Below are positions 35,494 to 46,128 of a DNA stretch of 64,000 bases, piece after piece (the stretch's first letter is position 1; the number at the start of each line of letters is the position of its first letter). The notes below the pieces were generated by a model. That model did no database searches and was not told the DNA's origin. It saw nothing but the letters and a program-made list of their open reading frames with translations. A program made the position numbers and the translations under genes. The DNA is from an uncultured Cryomorphaceae bacterium (GTDB lineage: Bacteria > Bacteroidota > Bacteroidia > Flavobacteriales > Schleiferiaceae), in contig CAJWML010000007.1 in the NCBI GenBank assembly GCA_913043285.1, positions 43,955 through 107,954 on the forward strand, in the 5' to 3' direction.

Positions 35494-35988
35494 CTATTCC
35501 CAGCGCACGATCACGGTATTTTCCGGACGCTCTTCTTTGGTGAATTCAAAAGGTATGTATCCGGATAAGTCTGGGGGCGAAAGTTCCGGGAATACATCAC
35601 GGTTACGGTCTAAGACCTGTATGCCGTTGCCATCAAAAGTAAAGGCCACCAGGTCTACCGCATTGTCTGCGTACACAATATCACCGTCAACCGAAATATC
35701 CACGTTTCCGGGGAGTGTGATAAAGCCCAGGGCAATCGGATTGGCAGGATCGGAATTGTCGTAAACATGAACGCCTCGGAACAACTCATTGATGAACAGC
35801 AAATGATCCTTAATATAGATCTTCCCGGAGTTCACCAGGGGTTGTGGATCTATGAAGGAAATGGATTTTTCCAGTTCACTCCGATGCATCAAAACGGGTT
35901 GATATTCCGAGTAGGGTTCATATTCTTCGGTGTACTTGCCGCATCCTGACATCAGGATAGGAATGGAGAGGTATAGCAACGTTTTCAT
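35494..35988 (-). CDS. Lipoprotein with LVIVD-like repeats
   Basis: Lipobox MSGC. GVHVYDNSDPANP and VDLVAFTF resemble LVIVD units. Confidence 0.45.
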   Translation of the reverse strand: MKTLLYLSIPILMSGCGKYTEEYEPYSEYQPVLMHRSELEKSISFIDPQPLVNSGKIYIKDHLLFINELFRGVHVYDNSDPANPIALGFITLPGNVDISVDGDIVYADNAVDLVAFTFDGNGIQVLDRNRDVFPELSPPDLSGYIPFEFTKEERPENTVIVRWE

Positions 35989-36039
35989 AAGGTTAGGAAT
36001 TTGAAATACTACACGCTCACGGATACTTTGCGGTTGGGT

Positions 36040-38517
36040 CTACTGCGGCATTTTTTTTCGGTGATCCAGGTAATAGCGGTAGTCAAAATCTACGCCTATA
36101 CGGATGGAGGGTTTGAAATTCAGGAAGTTATCGAATCCTCCTGCAAACTCAAGACGAATAACGTTAAGAATGTTGTCCACCCCTATAAACAACTCGGTAA
36201 AGTGATCGCTTCCGGGGGTGTTGAGGTAGTTTACCCCGATAAATGCATGCAGTTTTAAGGGCGCTAAAAATGGCGCTTCACCTAACAGTAAGCCCGAAAA
36301 ATCATGTTCAAAATGCAGCTCAAAATAAAAGTCGTTGGTTGAAAAGTCATAATAAGGCAGCGTACTGAACTGGCGGATGCTATTGGTGCGCCTTGGGGCC
36401 GGTTGCAGGAAGAAAGTCTGTACTCCGTTAAAATGACGGAAATCCACAAAGGGAACGTAAGCGCTGTTTAAAAAGTGCCCTCCGTTGATATCCATTTTGG
36501 ATAAGCCTACGTGGCCAAAGTGCCGCTGTAGTGAAATTCCCGCGTTTATATGGTCGAAATTGGTTTGTGAAAACTCCGTGGGTACCCCTTTGTAATAGTT
36601 CAAATAGATCTTGGGATCGGTGGAGGAAAGGTTCACCTTGCGCCCATTAATCATTTTATACAGTTGGTTAAACTGGTACACCAGTGACAATTGCAGGCTT
36701 ATAGCCCGGTGTTCTTTAAAGCCATCGTGGGTGATCACCGGGGGAAAGTCGGGGTTGTTGGGCGTAAAGGCATACGGGTTGCCAATAATTCTGAAGTCCG
36801 TGCTATTGTAAAGCGGGAACCGGTAGGCGTATTCTGCTTTTATACCAGCTTCCAGACCGTTCCACGGTTCAAAATCATAGGTAATTTTCACAAAGTCCTG
36901 TCCGTATAGCTTCATATAATTACGGCTCAGGATCAACGAGTACAAACTATTGATTATAGGTAGTATCGGCTGATCACTATTGAACTGGCTGATAGCATGC
37001 CCCGCCTGTACCCCGATCTTTTTAGGCCGGTGCAGATCAAAAAGATAACTGACTTTCAAATCATAATACAGTTTCTTACTGGAAAACCCGTAACGTATAT
37101 TGGGACGCAGGTACAACTCGGAGTTGGGGTAATAACGAGTGTGTTCCAGGTTGTAACGGATATAAGGTCCTTCTACGGTATTGTAGCCCAGACCATACCA
37201 AATGGGTGATACTTTGGTGGTGAAAGCAGAACTGTCAAAATCATAACCGGCAGCAAACAGATCATACCATGCAAACGGCCTCTCCTCAAACAAGGGATCC
37301 ACTTCAGTTTGTTCCTGGAATATCCAGCGGTTCGGATGAGATTCTTCGCGCAGTACACGAAGCTCGGAAAGGGAGAGCTTAAAAGGCCTTAGTTTTTTCC
37401 AGGCTTCTCCACGGATGATATTGGAATCGGCCAGGCTTACCACCTGTGCATCATAATGGTTATCGGTGCTATCAGGATTAAAGTAATGGTGGTTCTTAAA
37501 AAAGGTATAAGTGGTATAACTGCCATCAAAACCAAGCAGGTACATATAGTATTGTTGCTTCTGAATAGCCTGGTGATAACCACTGTCGGTGTAATAATAA
37601 ACCTGCTCAAAATCCACACTGTCCACCACTTCCAGCATATTGTGATTCATAAGTTTAAGGGAGGATGAAGCCAGGGAGTAGGAGCTGTCACCGTAGATCT
37701 CTACAAAACCAGAAAAATTGGGGGAGTATTTTTTGTTGGGCTCTACCCGGATGCGGTAAACCGTATAGGGACCTTCGTAATACTGCCCGGCCGGAAAAAA
37801 ACGATAATGTTGATCACTGCGGGGTGAAAGGGGAGAGTTGTAGGCTACCGTACTGATGTTTTTCAGGAATATCTTAGGGTGGTATAAGGAAATATCCAAG
37901 TCCGGCAGGTAGTGCCATCCGGGTATGGAAAAGCGCCCGGCAGTTTGGTAGGAATGCACTTTTTCGTCAAAATGGTTGGCATCCTGGTAGCTGAAGTCGG
38001 CTGTTTTTTCGCTTACAAAAACAATCCCGGAGTCCAGATGGGAGGGGATTATGGTGCCGGAGATCTTCCATATCTCAAAGGGAATATTCCGGAAGCGTGC
38101 CACATTCTTTTTGTAGGCCAGTGCTTCATAGCACACAAAATTGTTCTCATTGTATTCCCGGTGAGCCGCAGCCAGCCGTACTATGCGTTCAGCATCAAAG
38201 GGAATAGTAGTGTCTACCCGTTCCAGGCTTACCTGGATAGGCTCGTCATAATGATATGGAAAATAAAGTTTCCGGGAAGCGTAACCCGGTTTCTTGATCA
38301 ACAGGTGGTGAACCGGGTTTTCCAGTTTGAGGTTAAAGCGGCCGCTGTCCCCGGAAAGCATAAGTTCCCCGGTTTCCTCAAATATCAGGTAAGCACCGCT
38401 TATCCCGTTTCCTTTGGTATCCACCACATTTCCTTCCAGGTTAAATACCTGGGCATATAACTTACCGGCCCAAAGGCCCTGCAGGAGAAGGATGAAGATC
38501 AGGAAACGGTGTTTCAT
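36040..38517 (-). CDS. Large outer-membrane protein: carboxypeptidase-regulatory-like domain plus DUF5686-like body
   Basis: 825 aa. Signal peptide ending YAQ, then LEGNVVDTKGNGISGAYLIF. Aromatic-rich beta-type C-terminal region. Confidence 0.6.
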   Translation of the reverse strand: MKHRFLIFILLLQGLWAGKLYAQVFNLEGNVVDTKGNGISGAYLIFEETGELMLSGDSGRFNLKLENPVHHLLIKKPGYASRKLYFPYHYDEPIQVSLERVDTTIPFDAERIVRLAAAHREYNENNFVCYEALAYKKNVARFRNIPFEIWKISGTIIPSHLDSGIVFVSEKTADFSYQDANHFDEKVHSYQTAGRFSIPGWHYLPDLDISLYHPKIFLKNISTVAYNSPLSPRSDQHYRFFPAGQYYEGPYTVYRIRVEPNKKYSPNFSGFVEIYGDSSYSLASSSLKLMNHNMLEVVDSVDFEQVYYYTDSGYHQAIQKQQYYMYLLGFDGSYTTYTFFKNHHYFNPDSTDNHYDAQVVSLADSNIIRGEAWKKLRPFKLSLSELRVLREESHPNRWIFQEQTEVDPLFEERPFAWYDLFAAGYDFDSSAFTTKVSPIWYGLGYNTVEGPYIRYNLEHTRYYPNSELYLRPNIRYGFSSKKLYYDLKVSYLFDLHRPKKIGVQAGHAISQFNSDQPILPIINSLYSLILSRNYMKLYGQDFVKITYDFEPWNGLEAGIKAEYAYRFPLYNSTDFRIIGNPYAFTPNNPDFPPVITHDGFKEHRAISLQLSLVYQFNQLYKMINGRKVNLSSTDPKIYLNYYKGVPTEFSQTNFDHINAGISLQRHFGHVGLSKMDINGGHFLNSAYVPFVDFRHFNGVQTFFLQPAPRRTNSIRQFSTLPYYDFSTNDFYFELHFEHDFSGLLLGEAPFLAPLKLHAFIGVNYLNTPGSDHFTELFIGVDNILNVIRLEFAGGFDNFLNFKPSIRIGVDFDYRYYLDHRKKMPQ

Positions 38518-38627
38518 ATATTCTATAGCCTGGCAAAATACATATACCGGACTTCATCTAAACAAAAAACTTGCAAAGGGTTTCAGTTAAGCTTTGCACT
38601 ACTGAGCTTGTATGTATCTTCGCGGCT

Positions 38628-39881
38628 GTGTATTGTGTATTGGATATAGAATCAACCGGTGGCCCTTTTGGTAAGGAAGCCATTATGGAGATTGCCCTTT
38701 TTCGTTATGACGGTTCGGAGATCGTGGATCAGCTTATAAGTCTGGTGCATCCCCACCGTGAAGTTCAGCAGTACGTGTCTAAAATTACCGGTATTACACC
38801 GAAAATGCTGCTGCGTGCACCGCGTTTCCAGGAGATTGCAAAGCGCATTGTAGAGCTTACCAGAGACTCCGTTCTGGTGGGGCATAATGTAGATTTTGAC
38901 TATCGCATGCTACGCCAGGAGTTTGCCCGGCTCGGTTATCCTTTTGAGATGAAAACCCTGGATACTATTGAACTGGCTGAAAAGCTTATCCCGGGTTTGC
39001 CGGCCTATGGGTTGGATCGTATTTGCGATGAACTAGGCATTTACCGTACTCAGAAACACCGGGCCGAAGGTGATGCCAGGGCTACCCTGGAACTTTTACA
39101 GATACTCCAGGAAAAAGACAAGGAGAAGGATATCAGCATACTGGGGCAAAGCATCCAGGAAAACGATGCACTGAAGGATAAGATCAATGATCTTAAGCGC
39201 TCCGTAAAGTTCAATAAAGGGCTTTACTACCTTCATAATCCCCAGGGAAAAATACTGTATATCGGGACCTCGGATAATATCAAAAACTCGCTGAACAGCC
39301 TCTTTATGACGGACAGCAGCGAAGCTGAAAAGCTGAGGGATGAGGTGCATTCCGTTACCACGGAGGCTACCGGCAACTGGCTTATTGCCAAGGTGAAGAA
39401 GGAGGAGGAGATGGAGCGTGTTAAACCGGTCTTCAATAATGATCTGCCACTTAGCTTAGACTTCGGAGTGTATATGGATAAGCGTTCTTCCAAACCCCAA
39501 ATGACGGTTAAACCCCTGGGGGAGGGTGAGCGTAATCGCCCCTTGCTCAAGGCAGAGAACTTCCGCATAGCCCTGCGTGCCATACGGATGTTCCGTAAAA
39601 GTGGAGGTAAGGATGAAAAGGCTGGACGTCTCGAGAGTCTTGTGGATTTTCCCGAAGAGGCTATTTACAGTGCGCGGGGCAGGTCAGGTAAAGAAAAGAC
39701 CGCACTGGTGGTAGAAGGAGGAAAACTGGTGGGGTATTTTTTCTACTCCCTCAACGATCAGATCAGTCATAAAGATAAACTACAAAAATCCCTGGTGCCC
39801 GTGCAGGCCCGGGAAGAATACACGGAATTGCTTAAATTGGGAATTCTCAGTGGTGAGTTCACGGAAATAAAAAAGCCCTGA
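38628..39881 (+). CDS. DnaQ-like 3'-5' exonuclease domain fused to a GIY-YIG-like domain
   Basis: VLDIESTGG (Exo I), VGHNVDFDYRML (Exo II), HRAEGDA (Exo III), then GLYYLHNPQGKILYIGTSDNIKNSL (GIY-YIG pattern). Start taken at the GTG at 38628, giving MYCVLDIE; the ORF track starts at the TTG at 38571. Confidence 0.7.
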   Translation: MYCVLDIESTGGPFGKEAIMEIALFRYDGSEIVDQLISLVHPHREVQQYVSKITGITPKMLLRAPRFQEIAKRIVELTRDSVLVGHNVDFDYRMLRQEFARLGYPFEMKTLDTIELAEKLIPGLPAYGLDRICDELGIYRTQKHRAEGDARATLELLQILQEKDKEKDISILGQSIQENDALKDKINDLKRSVKFNKGLYYLHNPQGKILYIGTSDNIKNSLNSLFMTDSSEAEKLRDEVHSVTTEATGNWLIAKVKKEEEMERVKPVFNNDLPLSLDFGVYMDKRSSKPQMTVKPLGEGERNRPLLKAENFRIALRAIRMFRKSGGKDEKAGRLESLVDFPEEAIYSARGRSGKEKTALVVEGGKLVGYFFYSLNDQISHKDKLQKSLVPVQAREEYTELLKLGILSGEFTEIKKP

Positions 39882-39897
39882 CAACGCCAGGGCTTTT
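39872..39897. terminator. Hairpin between convergent genes
   Basis: AAAGCCCTG (39872-39880) pairs with CAGGGCTTT (39888-39896). T-run after it and A-run before it. The stop codon of the exonuclease gene lies in the stem. Confidence 0.6.
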
Positions 39898-39923
39898 CGT
39901 AGATCCATTCAATTTTTTCAATC

Positions 39924-40538
39924 TTAATTGCTTTCAAACAGTGCAAGGCCAACACCCAGCATGATCTGGTTGATCCGGGTGTCTGTAGTATAAGTAGTGC
40001 CTCCAATGGTAACGGATTCAGCCGTAGAGCTGAAGGGGCCTTCATAACGCACATCCACACTTAATTTTCCCAGGTCCACACCAACACCAGCCTGGAAGCC
40101 GAAACTGGCTTCGTTAAAACTACGGTCAAAGGCGTCTCCAGGTTTGCTGATAGCGAAGGTGGCTACAGGGCCTACACCTAAGCGTACCGGCCCCAGGGCT
40201 ACACCCAGGATAATCGGAACGTCCAGGCGGCTGAAGTTCAGGTCCAGGGTTTTAGAAGAACCGTCAGCGTTTTGGGTTTCCACTTCACCACTGACGTTGG
40301 TATATAACAATTCGGGCTGAATAAAGAAGGTGGTGAGTTTAATACGTCCGTAAGCTCCTGCGTGGAAGCCTACTTTACGGTCTCCACTCTTTACATCTTC
40401 AACGGTTTGGTCTCCGTCAAACTCCTTTACGTTAACTCCCTGTAGGTTAGCGCCACCGCGCAGACCGAATTCCAATATCTGGGCATCCAGTTGAAAGGCT
40501 GCCAGCAGTAAAAAAGTTCCTAAAACAATCTTTTTCAT
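39924..40538 (-). CDS. Small outer-membrane beta-barrel protein (OmpA-barrel/OmpW-like class)
   Basis: 204 aa. Signal peptide ending DAQ. Alternating G/aromatic strands. Confidence 0.6.
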   Translation of the reverse strand: MKKIVLGTFLLLAAFQLDAQILEFGLRGGANLQGVNVKEFDGDQTVEDVKSGDRKVGFHAGAYGRIKLTTFFIQPELLYTNVSGEVETQNADGSSKTLDLNFSRLDVPIILGVALGPVRLGVGPVATFAISKPGDAFDRSFNEASFGFQAGVGVDLGKLSVDVRYEGPFSSTAESVTIGGTTYTTDTRINQIMLGVGLALFESN

Positions 40539-41488
40539 ACTAAATGGTTTAAAGCGTTTTCAATATTCTGCCGGATACGCTCCTGCAAGTTATGGGTAGA
40601 AGCCTTTTGAAAAGTTTCACCGGTAATTTTTTCGAAGAGTTCAACGTAGCGATCGCTTACACTGTTCACAAAAGCTTCTGTCATTTCAGGAACCTGTTGA
40701 CCGTCTTTACCTTGAAAACCATTTTCGATCAGCCATTGGCGCACAAATTCCTTGGAAAGCTGCTTTTGTTCTTCACCATTTTGTTGACGTTCCTCGTAAC
40801 CATCCAGATAAAAATAACGGCTGCTGTCCGGGGTGTGTATCTCATCAATAAGTATGATCTCACCCTTTTTATTTTTCCCGAACTCATATTTGGTATCCAC
40901 TAGGATAAGCCCTTGCTTATTGGCAAATTCCTGCCCGCGTGCAAATAAGGCGTGCGTATATTTTTCCAGTTGCAGGTAATCTTTTTCGCTTACAATGCCT
41001 TGTTCCAGGATGGACTCCCGGCTGATATCTTCATCATGAGTACCCTGGTCTGCCTTGGTGGTGGGGGTTATGATAGGTTCGGGCAGTTTATCATTCTCTT
41101 TCAGTCCTTCGGGCAAAGCCACCCCGCAAAGCATTCTTTCACCTGAGCGGTAGGTGCGCCACGCATGCCCGGCCAGGTATCCACGGATTACCATTTCTAC
41201 CTTAAAAGGTGTGGCTTTGGTACCGATACTCACCATCGGGTCCGGGGATTCTACTTTCCAGTTGGGAACAATATCGCGGGTAAGGTCCAGGAATTTAACT
41301 GCTATCTGGTTCAGTACTTGTCCTTTAAATGGGATTCCTTTGGGTAATACCACGTCAAAGGCAGATATGCGGTCACTGGCTACCATTACCAGTAGGTCAT
41401 GGTTAATGGTATACACATCGCGGACCTTGCCACGGTAGAAACCGGTTTGTCCATTGAGCTTAAAATTAGTTTCCTGCAGTGCTTTCAT
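40535..41488 (-). CDS. purC: Phosphoribosylaminoimidazole-succinocarboxamide synthase
   Basis: 317 aa long-form SAICAR synthetase. [17 protein letters not shown] and [11 protein letters not shown] motifs. Confidence 0.9.
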   Translation of the reverse strand: MKALQETNFKLNGQTGFYRGKVRDVYTINHDLLVMVASDRISAFDVVLPKGIPFKGQVLNQIAVKFLDLTRDIVPNWKVESPDPMVSIGTKATPFKVEMVIRGYLAGHAWRTYRSGERMLCGVALPEGLKENDKLPEPIITPTTKADQGTHDEDISRESILEQGIVSEKDYLQLEKYTHALFARGQEFANKQGLILVDTKYEFGKNKKGEIILIDEIHTPDSSRYFYLDGYEERQQNGEEQKQLSKEFVRQWLIENGFQGKDGQQVPEMTEAFVNSVSDRYVELFEKITGETFQKASTHNLQERIRQNIENALNHLV

Positions 41489-42464
41489 CAGCTTTGCTCT
41501 TTGTTTTGGAGGGTTCGGATTTGTTTTCTTCTACTTCGTAGGCGTTGATAATATTCTTTACCAGGCGGTGGCGTATCACATCCTGCTGGTTCAGGCGTAC
41601 AAAGGAAATACCCTTGATCTTGTCCAGTATACGCATGGCCTCCACCAGGCCTGATCTTTGTTTTCGGGGCAGGTCAATCTGGCTGGCATCACCGGTAATA
41701 ATGAACTTGGCATCGGAACCCATCCGGGTGAGGAACATCTTCATCTGGCTGTGCGTGGTGTTCTGCGCTTCGTCCAGTATCACAAAGGCACGGTCTAGGG
41801 TGCGTCCACGCATAAAAGCGAGGGGGGCTATCTGGATAGTTCCGCTTTCCAGGTAAAAGTTCAGTTTTTCCGGTGGTATCATATCCCGCAGGGCATCGTA
41901 CAAGGGCTGCAGATAAGGGTCCAGTTTTTCCTTGAGGTCACCGGGTAAAAATCCCAGGTTTTCCCCTGCTTCTACAGCCGGACGTGTGAGGATGATAGAG
42001 CGTACTTCTTTGTTCTTAAGGGCTCTTACTGCCAGGGCTACAGCCGTATAGGTTTTTCCGGTTCCGGCCGGACCAATGGCGAAAACCATATCGCTCTCAT
42101 CAATGGCCTGTACCATTTTTCGCTGGTTCTGCGTACGTGCTTTTATGGCCTGTCCGTGGGTTCCGAACATAATGATGTCGGAATCCTTTTCGGATTGAGG
42201 TCCCCTGTCCATTTCGTCTTTCATGATCCTTTCCAACTGGTTGCTGGTGAGTGAATTAAAGCGATGAAGATGGTTCAGTATCTCTTCTATTTTTTCTTCA
42301 AAAGCGGTTATCTGCGTGGGTTCCCCGTTTACCTTCAGAGTGTGCCCCCGGGCGGTGATCTTTAATTCCGGAAAGTATGATTGTATAATGTTTAAGTAGG
42401 TATTGTTGCTGCCGTACACATCACGAGGGTCGGCATTTTCAATCTGGATGTTTTTTTCGATCAA
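41466..42464 (-). CDS. phoH: PhoH family ATPase
   Basis: GPAGTGKTY Walker [10 protein letters not shown] Walker B and [11 protein letters not shown] motifs. Confidence 0.9.
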   Translation of the reverse strand: MIEKNIQIENADPRDVYGSNNTYLNIIQSYFPELKITARGHTLKVNGEPTQITAFEEKIEEILNHLHRFNSLTSNQLERIMKDEMDRGPQSEKDSDIIMFGTHGQAIKARTQNQRKMVQAIDESDMVFAIGPAGTGKTYTAVALAVRALKNKEVRSIILTRPAVEAGENLGFLPGDLKEKLDPYLQPLYDALRDMIPPEKLNFYLESGTIQIAPLAFMRGRTLDRAFVILDEAQNTTHSQMKMFLTRMGSDAKFIITGDASQIDLPRKQRSGLVEAMRILDKIKGISFVRLNQQDVIRHRLVKNIINAYEVEENKSEPSKTKSKADESTAGN

Positions 42465-42588
42465 ACTTTAGTAAATAACTATTGATTGGTACTCTGTTAG
42501 CGGCCTTAAATAATGATTACTTTTGACGGCAAAGTAACGAATTTGAACCTACTTTAAGTTGCTTTTGGACACCTAAAATTCAGAGAAA

Positions 42589-43383
42589 TTGCCCGTTATT
42601 ACACTCACATCTGATTATGGTCTTACTGATCATTACCTGGCTGCGGTAAAAGGTGTGATAATTAGTGAATTGCAGGATGTGAACCTGGTGGATATATCCC
42701 ATTCCATACAGCCTGGTAATTTCTATGAAGCATCCTTTATTCTGAGGAATTGTTACGAGTCATTTCCCGAAGGCACCGTTCACCTGGTGGCCGTGCAGGA
42801 GATTACCGAGAACAAGCGTTTGCTGGCTGCGGAGATCGACAGGCATTTTTTCCTTACGGCTGATAACGGGCTGCTGAGCATGATCAATCCCGAGATCAAA
42901 ATTGGGATGGTGGTAGAGATCAATCTTAACCGGGATACCAGCCTTTTCCCCGCAAGGGATGTGCTGGCCAGGGCAGCCGGCCATCTGGCACGCGGTGGTT
43001 CCCTGGGTTTGCTGGGTCGGGAGGTAAAGGATTACAAGGAAAGTGTGCTTATGAGGCCACGAATTCCCAATGAAGGGTCATTAATTTTGGGTAGCGTACT
43101 TTATGTAGATAACTTTGGCAACCTGATTACCAACATTTCGCGGAAAACCTTCCACGAGGTGGGTAAGGAGCGGCCTTTTGAAATTATACTGCCCAGGCGG
43201 TACATATTGCGGAAGATACAGGAGAGTTACTACCCTTCCTCCAAAGGCAATGTTATAGCCTTGTTCAATTCGCAGAACCTCCTGGAAATTGCCGTAAGTG
43301 AGGCGCGTGGAAAATTTTTTAACGGGGCAAATACCCTCCTGGGGGTTGATGTTCAGGATACAATTACGGTTACGTTTAAATGA
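42589..43383 (+). CDS. SAM hydrolase / SAM-dependent halogenase family protein (DUF62)
   Basis: VITLTSDYGLTDHYLAAVKGVI and YVDNFGNLITNI motifs. Apparent TTG start. Confidence 0.75.
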   Translation: MPVITLTSDYGLTDHYLAAVKGVIISELQDVNLVDISHSIQPGNFYEASFILRNCYESFPEGTVHLVAVQEITENKRLLAAEIDRHFFLTADNGLLSMINPEIKIGMVVEINLNRDTSLFPARDVLARAAGHLARGGSLGLLGREVKDYKESVLMRPRIPNEGSLILGSVLYVDNFGNLITNISRKTFHEVGKERPFEIILPRRYILRKIQESYYPSSKGNVIALFNSQNLLEIAVSEARGKFFNGANTLLGVDVQDTITVTFK

Positions 43384-43673
43384 TCATACGTATTGTTAAA
43401 ATGACTTTTCAGCCAGAAAGTGTGGAAGCCTTTCTAGCTAATTTTGAAAAGAATAAAGCCGCTATTCGCAGCTTTCCCGGCTGTAATCGCCTGGAGCTTT
43501 TACAAGAAAAAGGCAAGGGTAACGTTTACTTCACCTACAGTTGGTGGGAGCAGGAAACGGACCTTGAGAATTACCGCCAGTCCGAACTCTTTCGCGGAGT
43601 TTGGCAACTTACCAAAACCTTTTTTGCAGCTAAACCCGAGGCGTGGAGCCTCGAAAACAGAGTAACGCTTTAA
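43380..43673 (+). CDS. ABM-fold (antibiotic biosynthesis monooxygenase-like) protein
   Basis: 97 aa. The pattern F..F......I..F.GC..L.LL......N.YFTYS.W..E..L..YR.S..F. ATGA overlap with the upstream stop. Confidence 0.65.
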   Translation: MIIRIVKMTFQPESVEAFLANFEKNKAAIRSFPGCNRLELLQEKGKGNVYFTYSWWEQETDLENYRQSELFRGVWQLTKTFFAAKPEAWSLENRVTL

Positions 43674-43679
43674 AAGAGT

Positions 43680-44411
43680 ATGAGGGCATTAATGCTTAAA
43701 GAGATCAGGAGCTTTTTAAACTCGGTAACGGGTTACCTGGTCATTGTAGTTTACTTGGTCATCAACAGTGTTTTTCTGTGGCTGATCCCAGGTAATTTCA
43801 ACCTTATTGAAGGAGGGTATTCCAGTATCGATAGTTTGTTCCTGATATCTCCCTGGGTTTTTATGTTTTTAATACCCGCTATTACCATGCGCATGTTTGC
43901 CGATGAGAAAAGGGCCGGTACCATGGAACTGTTGCTTACCAAGCCACTTACCGACATGAGTATTGTATGGTCTAAGTTCTCAGCTGGTTTTATACTGGTG
44001 CTTTTTTCGTTATTACCTACCCTCATATACTATTTCAGCGTATACCAGTTGGGAAATCCGGTGGGTAATATAGATAGCGGGGGTACCTTCGGGTCGTACA
44101 TCGGTCTGCTGTTCCTGGGGTCTAGCTACGTGGCCATTGGTGTATTCTCTTCCTCACTTACCGATAACCAGATCATTGCCTTCCTCATAGCTATGTTCCT
44201 GTGCTTTTTCTTCTATTTCGGCTTTGACCAGATAGCGGCTTTAGGATCATTCCATAGCATGGAGCTATTGATCATCAGCCTGGGGATCAGTGAACACTAT
44301 ACCTCCATGAGCCGTGGTGTTATCGATAGTCGCGATGTACTGTATTTTCTCGGTTTGATAGTAATTTTTGCCCTGGCTACACGCCTGGTCATCCAAAGCA
44401 GGAAATGGTGA
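43680..44411 (+). CDS. gldF: Gliding-motility-associated ABC transporter permease GldF
   Basis: 243 aa six-helix ABC-2 permease, immediately followed by a gldG-like gene. Confidence 0.75.
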   Translation: MRALMLKEIRSFLNSVTGYLVIVVYLVINSVFLWLIPGNFNLIEGGYSSIDSLFLISPWVFMFLIPAITMRMFADEKRAGTMELLLTKPLTDMSIVWSKFSAGFILVLFSLLPTLIYYFSVYQLGNPVGNIDSGGTFGSYIGLLFLGSSYVAIGVFSSSLTDNQIIAFLIAMFLCFFFYFGFDQIAALGSFHSMELLIISLGISEHYTSMSRGVIDSRDVLYFLGLIVIFALATRLVIQSRKW

Positions 44412-46126
44412 TGAAAAGCAGGAAGGGAAGAGATATATTTCAGTTTGTGATCATAGTGGGCATCATCATTCTGTTGAATGTGATCGGCTCACTCGAATTC
44501 TTTCGTGTGGACCTTACCTCGGAGAAGCGTTACAGCCTCTCCGATGCCACCATCAATCTGCTGGAAAGCTTTGATGATGTGCTCTACGTTAAGGTGTACC
44601 TGGAAGGCGATTTTCCGGCTGGTTTTCAGCGTCTTCAGCGTGAAACGCGTCAGATGTTGGATGAGTTCCGGGCCTACAATGGCAACATTGAATACCAGTT
44701 TATTAACCCGGATGGTTCCGAGGATATCCAGAACAACCGCGAATTAAAACAGCAGTTACAGTATAAAGGCCTTAAGCCCTACAATCTGCAGATCCGTGAA
44801 CAGGGTGGGAATAAAGAAAGGGAGGTTTATCCAGGTGCTATCTTAACGTATGGCGATAAAGAAGTGCCGGTTCTGCTCTTGCTGGACCAGTTTGCTTCCA
44901 GCCCTGAAAGGCAGGTGAATAACTCTATCCAAAACCTGGAATTTCAGCTAGCTAATGGTATCAGGGCTCTTATCTCAAGTTCCAAACCATCGGTAGCTTT
45001 CCTTTACGGGCATGGTGAGCTGGAGCCACGTTTTATAGCGGACTTTGCACGTTCCATAGGTGTTAATTATTCCCTGGACCGTTTTGATATCCACAAATTC
45101 CGGAGCGATAGCCTGGGAGAAAATATCAGCATACAGGATCAACAGCGCAAGCTGAACCGCTTTGATGCCCTGATTATAGCCAAGCCACGCGAACCCTTTA
45201 CCGACCTGGATAAGTATCTCCTGGATCAGTACATTATGAACGGGGGCAAAGTAGTGTGGTTACTGGATGCGGTTCACGCAGAAATGGACAGCCTGAGTGA
45301 AAAGTCGCAATTTCTTTCGTACCCCATCTATGACCGTCTTCGTATATCCGATATGCTGTTCCGGTATGGAGTACGGGTTAATACAAACCTGGTAGTGGAT
45401 ATGATCTCGGCCGGGGTTTCGGATAGGCGCTCGGTTCACAACTGGATCTATTTTCCCATGGTAATGCCACAGGTAAAACACCCCATTACTAAGGATCTGA
45501 ATGCCATTAAGCTGGATTTTGCCTCTTCCATAGATACGATAATTGCTCCCGGTGTAAAGAAAACGGTACTTCTGAAAAGCTCTCCTTATTCCAATGTGGT
45601 GTCCACGCCACACATGGTAAGCCTGCAGCGTTTGTACGAAGAACAGGATGAAACCCGCTTTACCCGTCAGTTTATACCGATGGGTGTATTGCTGGAAGGA
45701 CGATTTGAATCAGCCTTCAAGAACAGGATACTTCCCAAAGACAGTGGCCCCGAGCAACTAAAGCTTAAAGAGAAGGGGGACAAAACACAGATGGTGGTGA
45801 TAGGAGATGGTGATATTATCCGCAACCAATTGAATATCGTGAACCCAAATATTCCCAAGGGAACACCATTGCCGCTGGGTTTCGATCAATTTACCGGTCA
45901 GCAATACGGCAATAAAGATTTTCTGCTGAACGTATTGGATTATATGCTGGATGATAGCGGGTTGATCAGCATCCGGTCCAGGGAACTCAAATTGAGATTG
46001 CTCAATCCTCAAAAAGCGAAAGGTGACAAGCTCTATTGGCAACTGATCAATACTATAGTGCCCGTGGTGATCATTATATTGTTCGGGCTGGTACTCACCT
46101 TTATCAGAAAACGGAAATACGCATAA
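44405..46126 (+). CDS. gldG: Gliding-motility-associated ABC transporter substrate-binding component GldG
   Basis: 573 aa with N- and C-terminal membrane helices. DLTSEKRYSLSD start motif typical of GldG/ABC-type uncharacterised transport auxiliary proteins. Confidence 0.75.
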   Translation: MVMKSRKGRDIFQFVIIVGIIILLNVIGSLEFFRVDLTSEKRYSLSDATINLLESFDDVLYVKVYLEGDFPAGFQRLQRETRQMLDEFRAYNGNIEYQFINPDGSEDIQNNRELKQQLQYKGLKPYNLQIREQGGNKEREVYPGAILTYGDKEVPVLLLLDQFASSPERQVNNSIQNLEFQLANGIRALISSSKPSVAFLYGHGELEPRFIADFARSIGVNYSLDRFDIHKFRSDSLGENISIQDQQRKLNRFDALIIAKPREPFTDLDKYLLDQYIMNGGKVVWLLDAVHAEMDSLSEKSQFLSYPIYDRLRISDMLFRYGVRVNTNLVVDMISAGVSDRRSVHNWIYFPMVMPQVKHPITKDLNAIKLDFASSIDTIIAPGVKKTVLLKSSPYSNVVSTPHMVSLQRLYEEQDETRFTRQFIPMGVLLEGRFESAFKNRILPKDSGPEQLKLKEKGDKTQMVVIGDGDIIRNQLNIVNPNIPKGTPLPLGFDQFTGQQYGNKDFLLNVLDYMLDDSGLISIRSRELKLRLLNPQKAKGDKLYWQLINTIVPVVIIILFGLVLTFIRKRKYA

Positions 46127-46128
46127 AC

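Noticed and set aside
34706-35988. The two LVIVD-like genes as a frameshifted single gene (pseudogene)
   Set aside because: Each has its own start, lipobox-type signal peptide and stop, separated by a 44-nt gap. A split gene would not be expected to carry a second lipoprotein signal.
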